A stretch of 22,569 nt of DNA from Microcoleaceae cyanobacterium (GTDB lineage: Bacteria > Cyanobacteriota > Cyanobacteriia > Cyanobacteriales > Microcoleaceae). The stretch covers positions 1 to 22,569 of the forward strand of contig JBOFUV010000059.1 in assembly GCA_051652765.1 (NCBI GenBank), in the 5' to 3' direction. Position 1 is the stretch's first letter; every line of letters starts with the position of its first letter. Positions 16,766 to 22,569 of this stretch are shown piece by piece. Below the pieces are notes generated by a model. It ran no database searches, had not been told where the DNA came from, and saw only the letters and a list, made by a program, of their open reading frames with translations. The position numbers and the translations under genes were made by a program.

Positions 16766-16966
16766 ATGTTAAATTGGCCCATTGATCCTAATGTTTACGG
16801 ATTGCTGCTGTTTTTACATTGTCTCATCGGTAGTGTTGGTGCCTTAGTTGCAAAGCAGCGGGGTTACGACTTCAAGCTTTGGCTGTTTTTAGGGCTCTTC
16901 GGAGGAACTGCAGCATTTGTAGTGTCCCTCGTGCTCAAGCCAAAAGCAGCCTCTGTTCAGGAATAG
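16766..16966 (+). CDS. Small two-TM hypothetical membrane protein
   Basis: 66 aa with two hydrophobic helices joined by AKQRGY..KLWLFLGLFGG, a pattern seen in small bacterial membrane proteins; fills an otherwise empty gap. Confidence 0.7.
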   Translation: MLNWPIDPNVYGLLLFLHCLIGSVGALVAKQRGYDFKLWLFLGLFGGTAAFVVSLVLKPKAASVQE

Positions 16967-16979
16967 TCAGCAATCATTT

Positions 16980-17015
16980 ACGTAGTTAGAAACGTAATTA
17001 GAAACATAGTTAGAA
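16980..17015. repeat. 12-nt tandem repeat x3
   Basis: ACGTAGTTAGAA ACGTAATTAGAA ACATAGTTAGAA. Confidence 0.8.
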
Positions 17016-17039
17016 ACGGGCAAGGTAATCTCGCCCGTT
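17012..17039 (-). terminator. Probable intrinsic terminator of glgA (possibly bidirectional)
   Basis: The minus strand reads AACGGGCGAG-AUUAC-CUUGCCCGUU-UCU, a 10-bp stem with one G-U pair, 37 nt after the glgA stop and between convergent genes. Confidence 0.6.
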
Positions 17040-17076
17040 CTCAAATCGGGTTTAGATCAAGGGTTCATCTTTAGAT

Positions 17077-18495
17077 TTAGGCAGGAACTTCTGATTGAGG
17101 TTGCTCTACCGAAGGCTGTGTAAGACCGGCCACGACCTGCTCATAAACTTTGAGGTACTGTGCAGCAGAATTTTCCCAACTGAAATTCTGGGCCATGCCT
17201 CGCTGTTGGAGACGATGCCAATGATCCCGATATCGAAAGGCTTCTGACGTTCGAATCATGGCAGTCAAAAAGTCCATTGGTTCATACCGATCAAAACAGT
17301 AGCCTGTTCCGGTTTCATTCATCGGATCAGAGTGAATCACCGTATCGACTAAGCCTCCGGTTCGACGCACAATCGGAATACAACCGTAACGCATTGCTAG
17401 CATTTGGCTGATGCCGCAGGGTTCAAATCGACTGGGCATCACTAGGGCATCACACCCAGAGTAAATCCGCCGGGACAGGGCTTCATTGAACAAAAGCTGA
17501 GTTGTCATTCGCCCTGGAAACCGTGAAGCCATTTGCCAAAGCTGAGTTTCATAATAGCGATCGCCCGTTCCCAAAACAACAAGCTGAGCGTCTGTAAACG
17601 TCAGGAATTGATCCATGGCTTGAATCACCAGATCCAGACCTTTCTGTTCAACCAAGCGGCTCACCATGCCCACCAGAAAAGCCCCTGAGTCCACCACCAA
17701 ACCCAATTCTTCTTGCAGGGCCACTTTGTTGACTTTGCGCTTCTCAATGGAGTCGGCGTTGAAATTCTCAACAATAAATCGATCGGTCTCAGGGTTGTAG
17801 GTCTCAGTGTCGATCCCATTCAGAATCCCTGACATTTTCCCGCTGACGAAAGACAGCAGTCCTTCCAGGGTCTCTCCGTAGGCCGAAGTTTTGATCTGTT
17901 CAGCATAGGTTGGGGAAACTGTAGTCACCCGGCTAGCAAATTGGACAGCGGCGGCCATGGTATTGTGTCCTTCCATGTACCAGGGACACCAGGTAATCCG
18001 TTCCAAGAACCAACGCCAAGGGCCCTGATAAGCCAAATTATGAATCGTCAGTACTGTCCCAATATCAGGGGTTTCGTGCATCCAAACCGGAATCATTCCG
18101 GCGTGCCAGTCATGACAGTGAATAATATCTGGCTTCCAACGGTTCCACGCAAATTCTGCTGCGGCATTGGCAAACAGAGTAAACCGCCACTCTTCATCAT
18201 CCCCATAGTAGACTCGGCGAGGCGTAAAGGAAGGATGGCCTAACAAGTACAATGGAACGTCCGATTTTGGCAGCTTTGTTTCGTATACCGCAAATTTCTG
18301 AGACATGGCATTTCCCCACCAAACTGGCTCTTTGGGAACTTCCATCTTGTCTGGCAAAAAACCATAGTAGGGCATAAATATTCGCACATCATGCCCCATT
18401 GCCCGCAATACCTTGGGCAAAGCACCAACGACATCTCCCATCCCACCAACCTTAGCAAGGGGAGAAGCTTCCGCAGCTACAAATAGAATTCGCAT
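17077..18495 (-). CDS. glgA: Glycogen synthase (GT5)
   Basis: MRILFVAAEASPLAKVGGMGDV (KxGG), IHCHDWH, TIHNLAYQG, SRLVEQKG, MPSRFEPCGISQ and TGGLVDTV motifs. ATG 18495 gives 472 aa. Confidence 0.97.
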   Translation of the reverse strand: MRILFVAAEASPLAKVGGMGDVVGALPKVLRAMGHDVRIFMPYYGFLPDKMEVPKEPVWWGNAMSQKFAVYETKLPKSDVPLYLLGHPSFTPRRVYYGDDEEWRFTLFANAAAEFAWNRWKPDIIHCHDWHAGMIPVWMHETPDIGTVLTIHNLAYQGPWRWFLERITWCPWYMEGHNTMAAAVQFASRVTTVSPTYAEQIKTSAYGETLEGLLSFVSGKMSGILNGIDTETYNPETDRFIVENFNADSIEKRKVNKVALQEELGLVVDSGAFLVGMVSRLVEQKGLDLVIQAMDQFLTFTDAQLVVLGTGDRYYETQLWQMASRFPGRMTTQLLFNEALSRRIYSGCDALVMPSRFEPCGISQMLAMRYGCIPIVRRTGGLVDTVIHSDPMNETGTGYCFDRYEPMDFLTAMIRTSEAFRYRDHWHRLQQRGMAQNFSWENSAAQYLKVYEQVVAGLTQPSVEQPQSEVPA

Positions 18496-18717
18496 GATTA
18501 ATTTTTTTGCGTCCCTTAGGCTCCGTAACGTCATCATACCTGTCAAAGTGTACCCTTGTAACACTCTGGACATTATTGACAATTCTTAAACTTGGTTTTA
18601 CCTTCTCTCTAACCTAAGGTATTGTATGGTGAAATTAAGACTTTATTTGTTGGATTTGATGATTTGAATTAACTCGGGCTTAGACTAACCCCAAATGTTA
18701 TTAGATATGTTGTGTAA

Positions 18718-19275
18718 ATGAAAGACTTAGCGGTTGAATTTCTATTTTCTAATCATCTGTTTTGGCGGATTTTGCCCCGCTTTAACGCTATTCCGTATCT
18801 GTTGTGCCTGACCTTGCTCGGCAGTTGCTTCGGAATTCTTGCGGCTCAGGCTCAACTCACTCCCTCGATAGAAGAAGTTGTCCCAGCGATCGCCCAGACC
18901 ACTCAAAGTGTTGGGTTTCTCAAAGATGGGACTTACCTCTATGGCCAATCCCCAATCCCCAACCAAATTGGGCAAGCCTACATGGTGTTTGAAGTCATCC
19001 AGCGTCAAGTAGTGGGGGCATTTTATATGCCAAATTCTTCTTTTGATTGTTTTTCTGGAACTCCCCAGGGCAATCGGCTAGCATTAACGATTGTTGATAG
19101 TTATACCCAGGAGACTCATCCCTACGGGATTGGGCTGCACTCCTCTGCTGTAGCGGCAAGTCGAGGTAGCAGTCCTGATCAACTCATTGCTTTAGAGGGA
19201 TTTCATCAAATAGCAAGTCTGAGTGCTAGTGATCATCGGATCTTAGCAACCTGCAAAACTGATTTGACTCATTGA
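18718..19275 (+). CDS. Conserved hypothetical exported protein
   Basis: Hydrophobic leader ending in AQA, followed by DGTYLYGQSP.PNQIGQAYMVFEV and GAFYMPNSSFDCF, a block I recognise from cyanobacterial hypothetical proteins. The start codon is uncertain. Confidence 0.7.
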   Translation: MKDLAVEFLFSNHLFWRILPRFNAIPYLLCLTLLGSCFGILAAQAQLTPSIEEVVPAIAQTTQSVGFLKDGTYLYGQSPIPNQIGQAYMVFEVIQRQVVGAFYMPNSSFDCFSGTPQGNRLALTIVDSYTQETHPYGIGLHSSAVAASRGSSPDQLIALEGFHQIASLSASDHRILATCKTDLTH

Positions 19276-19592
19276 TCATCCTGTACAAAACCAAGAAGTT
19301 GTGAGAATTTGCTATGATCACCAAGCAAGTGAGTTTTCTATTCTTTACTCTTTTTGCTTAGTCTGCTGATTGGATTTGTTCTCGGACTGTGCCGCCTGAG
19401 ATTAGCTTTACCCAGGGATTCGCTGAGAGTTTTTTTGCATCTACTCCATCGATCGGTTTGATCAATTAGAGCTTTGCCTCGGATCTAGCCAGAGATGTAA
19501 TCTTAGACGCAACTACAACAGATGTAGCTGTGGATGAAATTTTGATTTAGGCATTGTGAGTGCTGGTTCAGTAGATAACCCCTCAGATTTGG

Positions 19593-20630
19593 ATGCTTAG
19601 TAATCTTATTGTTAATAACTTGATTAAAGGAGTCTTACTGTTAGGGGTGCTAGCTGTAAGCTCGGGATGTACGGTTCAGTCTGTTTTAACTTTAGTTTCA
19701 AACCCAGTTCCAGAACCAGTTTCAAACCCAGTTCCAAACCCAACTCAGACTCCAAACTTATCTGCAAATCAACCTGCAAATCAACCTGCCAAGGCATCTG
19801 GCAATGCATCTGGGAAAATTGTGATTGGGACTGTAGCTTCTAACCCGACTTGGAAAATTCAGCAATTTCAGCCTTTAGCAGATTATTTGGCATCTCGCTT
19901 GGATGGCTACAAGATTGGGGTAGGAGAGGTTAAGATTGCTTCAGACTCTATAACAATGGCGAAGTGGTTAAAGGCGGGTACTGTTCATCTTTACTTTGAT
20001 CATCCGTATGCAGCCTTGACTGTAGCTCGAGAGTCTGGTGCTAAGCCTATCCTTCGTTTTGGGCAAGGAGGGAGTTCGGAAGGGTCGGCGGTGATTTTTG
20101 CTCTCAAGCAGAGCGGGCTATCTAGTTTAGACGGTTTGAATGGAAAACTGCTCGCATTTGAACATCCAACTTCTACCACAGGGTTTGTACTGCCTATGGT
20201 GTATTTGCAGAACGCAAACCTAAAACTTGTGCCAAAACAGTCTAGACAATCTGCTGTAGCTACTGATGAAATTGGATATCTTTTTAGTAGAGATGATCAG
20301 AATAGTATTCAGTGGGTTATTAGTGGCAGGGTTAGAGCCGCAGCGATTAGCCATCGAAGCTTTCAGCGCCTTTCGGAAAACAGCCGTGATGCGATGATAA
20401 CTCTGGCAAAAACAGCTAAAGTTCCTCAGCAGCTTGTTCTTGTGAAGTCTGATTTGGCAGCGCCTTTGACGAAGTCTATTCAACAGGTCTTGTTACAAAT
20501 GGATGAGATCGATGTTGGACAGACTGCCCTCAGTGCCTTCGAGCAGCCTGCAGAGTTTTTTGATAGTCAGATTACTCCGGAAGATATTACCAAGATGCAG
20601 GAAGTCTTTGACAAGTTGCAGAATCCATAG
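19593..20630 (+). CDS. PhnD/PtxB-family (phosphate/phosphite/phosphonate-type) substrate-binding lipoprotein
   Basis: Lipobox VSSG-C26, Pro/Asn linker, [39 protein letters not shown] (cf. S-T-S-G) and [11 protein letters not shown]. Confidence 0.85.
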   Translation: MLSNLIVNNLIKGVLLLGVLAVSSGCTVQSVLTLVSNPVPEPVSNPVPNPTQTPNLSANQPANQPAKASGNASGKIVIGTVASNPTWKIQQFQPLADYLASRLDGYKIGVGEVKIASDSITMAKWLKAGTVHLYFDHPYAALTVARESGAKPILRFGQGGSSEGSAVIFALKQSGLSSLDGLNGKLLAFEHPTSTTGFVLPMVYLQNANLKLVPKQSRQSAVATDEIGYLFSRDDQNSIQWVISGRVRAAAISHRSFQRLSENSRDAMITLAKTAKVPQQLVLVKSDLAAPLTKSIQQVLLQMDEIDVGQTALSAFEQPAEFFDSQITPEDITKMQEVFDKLQNP

Positions 20631-20650
20631 ATGAAAGGGTCAGCGTTGGA

Positions 20651-22569
20651 ATGGGACGAGTATCGCTAGCAACCAAATTAACCCTGGCTATGACGAGTTT
20701 AGTTATTTCTGTTGTGGCTAGTGTGACTTGGCTGTCTCTTCAACGTGAGGAACAAGCCTTTCGCCATGAGCTAGAAGACCAAGCAGAAGTCCTCGTCAAT
20801 ACTCTGGCAGTTACAACAGCAGACCCTTTGTACCATCTGGATGTCCGCGTCATGCGAGAGCTGATGACCCGATTGGGGACGAATCAGGTGATTTCTGCAG
20901 GTCAGATCTATGAAAAACAAGGACGGATTGTTGCAGATGCTTATAACCGTGATGTGTTAGACAAGGTTCAGCCCGATGATTGGGGAAAAAACTTGGTTGG
21001 CAGCGAAAATATTATCTTTCGTTGGGAGCCTCACCAACTGGTTGCTGGTAAAGCTGTGATTGCAGGTCGTCAACCAATAGGGGCCGTTAGTATCGGTCTA
21101 TCGACGGTTGCCCTCAAGGCCAAAGTGGCAGCAGCTTATTACCAAGGATGTTTAGCGGCCCTGATTGCTGCAACAATTGGCATTTTGATGTCATCTCTCC
21201 TCAGCCGTTCAGTGACGCGATCGCTTCAGCAAATGATTGTTGCGACTCAGCATGTTGCAGCAGGGGATTTAACCCAGAAGATTAATATTCAGAGTCAGGA
21301 TGAACTCAGAGTCTTAGCGGATTCTTTTAATCTCATGACCGATCAACTCCGAACCTTGCTGGAGAGCAAGGAAAAATTAATTCAAGGTCTAGAACATCGA
21401 GCAGAAGCCCTACGCCAGAGTGAATCCAAAAATCGAGCTTTACTCAATGCAATTCCAGATCTGATGTTTCGCTTCAGTCGGGCTGGAATTTTTCTGGATT
21501 TCAAAGTTTCTCGCAATAGCAACCTATTAGAATCTTTAACTAAATATCTCAATAAAACAGTTCATGATTTATTCCCACAACACGTTGCCCAAAGTTACAC
21601 TAATCATATTCAAGAAACTCTCAAAACTCATCAAATTCAGATTTTTGAATATGAATGGCTAGTCGAGCAAGAACGTCGTCATTATGAAACCCGAATTGTA
21701 ATTAGCGGAGATGAAGAAGTTCTCGCTATTGTTCGAGACATCACTGAAAGTAAACTCGCTCGCATTGAACTGCAACAAGCAAAAGAAGCCGCCGAGGCAG
21801 CAAACCAGGCAAAAAGTGAGTTTCTAGCCAGTATGAGCCATGAACTCCGAACTCCTTTAAACGCAATTATTGGGTATAGCGATCTTCTCCAAGATGAGGT
21901 GAGAGAGTTAGGGCAAATTGAATTTATCCCTGATCTAGAGCAGATTCGATCCTCGGGAATGCATTTATTAGCGATCATTCAAGATATTCTCGATATCTCT
22001 AAACTGGAATCGGGAGAGATGAGTCTCTATCTCGAACAATTTGATATTACCCTCTTAATTAATGAAGTTCATGCCATTGTTCAGCCCATGATTCAAAAGA
22101 ATCAAAACCAATTAGAGATTGACTATGCGACAACAGTTGATACGATGTTTGCTGATCGCACTAAAGTTAAACAAGTTCTCTTGAATTTACTCAGTAATGC
22201 CGCTAAGTTCACGAAAAATGGCTTTGTCAAATTGAGAATTCAGCATCAAATTCTGGGGCCGAGTAATGGAACTCAGCCTGGAGAATGGAGTGTTACCTTA
22301 GAATCTAAAACAGCTCTAGAGAGTTTATCGGATGAGTGGATTATTTTTAGTGTTACTGATACTGGAATTGGTATGACCCCAGAACAGATTAGGAGAGTCT
22401 TCAAACCGTTTACTCAAGCTGACACTTCAACGACTCGAAGGTATGGAGGAACTGGGTTAGGGTTGTCTATTAGTCAACGGTTCTGCACTATGATGGGAGG
22501 TAGAATTATGGTTGAGAGTCAGGTAAATGTTGGATCTTCATTTGCGCTGTATCTCCCAGTTAATGTTGC
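20651..22569 (+). CDS. Membrane sensor histidine kinase (TM-periplasmic-TM-HAMP-PAS-HisKA-HATPase), 3'-truncated by the window
   Basis: Not in the ORF track. Manual translation from ATG 20651 ([18 protein letters not shown]...) is open to the window end and shows HAMP ([13 protein letters not shown]), PAS ([10 protein letters not shown]...VRDITE), H-box [19 protein letters not shown]-box [28 protein letters not shown] and GGTGLGL. Confidence 0.95.
   Translation, partial: MGRVSLATKLTLAMTSLVISVVASVTWLSLQREEQAFRHELEDQAEVLVNTLAVTTADPLYHLDVRVMRELMTRLGTNQVISAGQIYEKQGRIVADAYNRDVLDKVQPDDWGKNLVGSENIIFRWEPHQLVAGKAVIAGRQPIGAVSIGLSTVALKAKVAAAYYQGCLAALIAATIGILMSSLLSRSVTRSLQQMIVATQHVAAGDLTQKINIQSQDELRVLADSFNLMTDQLRTLLESKEKLIQGLEHRAEALRQSESKNRALLNAIPDLMFRFSRAGIFLDFKVSRNSNLLESLTKYLNKTVHDLFPQHVAQSYTNHIQETLKTHQIQIFEYEWLVEQERRHYETRIVISGDEEVLAIVRDITESKLARIELQQAKEAAEAANQAKSEFLASMSHELRTPLNAIIGYSDLLQDEVRELGQIEFIPDLEQIRSSGMHLLAIIQDILDISKLESGEMSLYLEQFDITLLINEVHAIVQPMIQKNQNQLEIDYATTVDTMFADRTKVKQVLLNLLSNAAKFTKNGFVKLRIQHQILGPSNGTQPGEWSVTLESKTALESLSDEWIIFSVTDTGIGMTPEQIRRVFKPFTQADTSTTRRYGGTGLGLSISQRFCTMMGGRIMVESQVNVGSSFALYLPVNV

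Larger units (their letters stand above)
2463..21224. repeat. HIP1 octamer GCGATCGC, at least 13 dispersed copies
   Basis: Seen at 2463, 6323, 6778, 8073, 8721, 8997, 9572, 11974, 13054, 16317, 17557, 18886 and 21217, far more than the <1 copy expected by chance. Confidence 0.9.

Noticed and set aside
19276..19592. Riboswitch, Pho box, NtcA site or small membrane ORF upstream of the binding protein
   Set aside because: No convincing aptamer, PyTTAAPyPy repeats or GTA-N8-TAC found by eye. The hydrophobic reading frames are short, interrupted and explained by T-richness.
20631..20669. ATG directly after the SBP stop as the kinase start
   Set aside because: That frame stops after 12 codons; the kinase frame starts at ATG 20651.
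150..21978. Short alternative-frame and antisense ORFs in the track (e.g. 700-1038, 4726-5013, 9086-9442, 16130-16555, 21682-21978)
   Set aside because: They overlap well-supported genes and have no recognisable motifs; they are shadow ORFs.
22240..22340. About 30-aa insertion within the kinase ATPase domain as an intein or mobile insert
   Set aside because: Too short, with no intein motifs; variable loops between the N and G1 boxes are common in cyanobacterial kinases.

Overview
Chromosomal core-genome window from a cyanobacterium: at least 13 HIP1 octamers (GCGATCGC) and cyanobacterial-type proteins. It is probably filamentous, because it carries a SepJ/FraG-type gene. Left to right: 3' part of a sigma54-type AAA+/membrane 4Fe-4S fusion gene; a COG3650-like secreted protein; a minus-strand rplS-tRNA(Trp)-secE-nusG-rplK-rplA cluster with no rplJ-rplL behind it; sepJ; a Tab2/Atab2-family protein; avtA; an SrrA-like RpaB paralog divergent from a small ribbon-helix-helix gene; an RmlD-like SDR; a 667-aa uncharacterised lipoprotein behind tatC; an orphan polar-amino-acid ABC ATPase; a small membrane protein; glgA; a conserved hypothetical exported protein; and a PhnD-family binding lipoprotein directly followed by a membrane HAMP-PAS histidine kinase that runs off the window and is missing from the ORF track. 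I see no transposase, phage gene, CRISPR array or defence system. The best candidates for under-described biology are the binding-protein/kinase sensing pair, the SrrA/RHH divergent locus with its TGATAAC operator-like array, and the tatC-linked lipoprotein. Gene calls come from motif recognition by eye, not from database searches.
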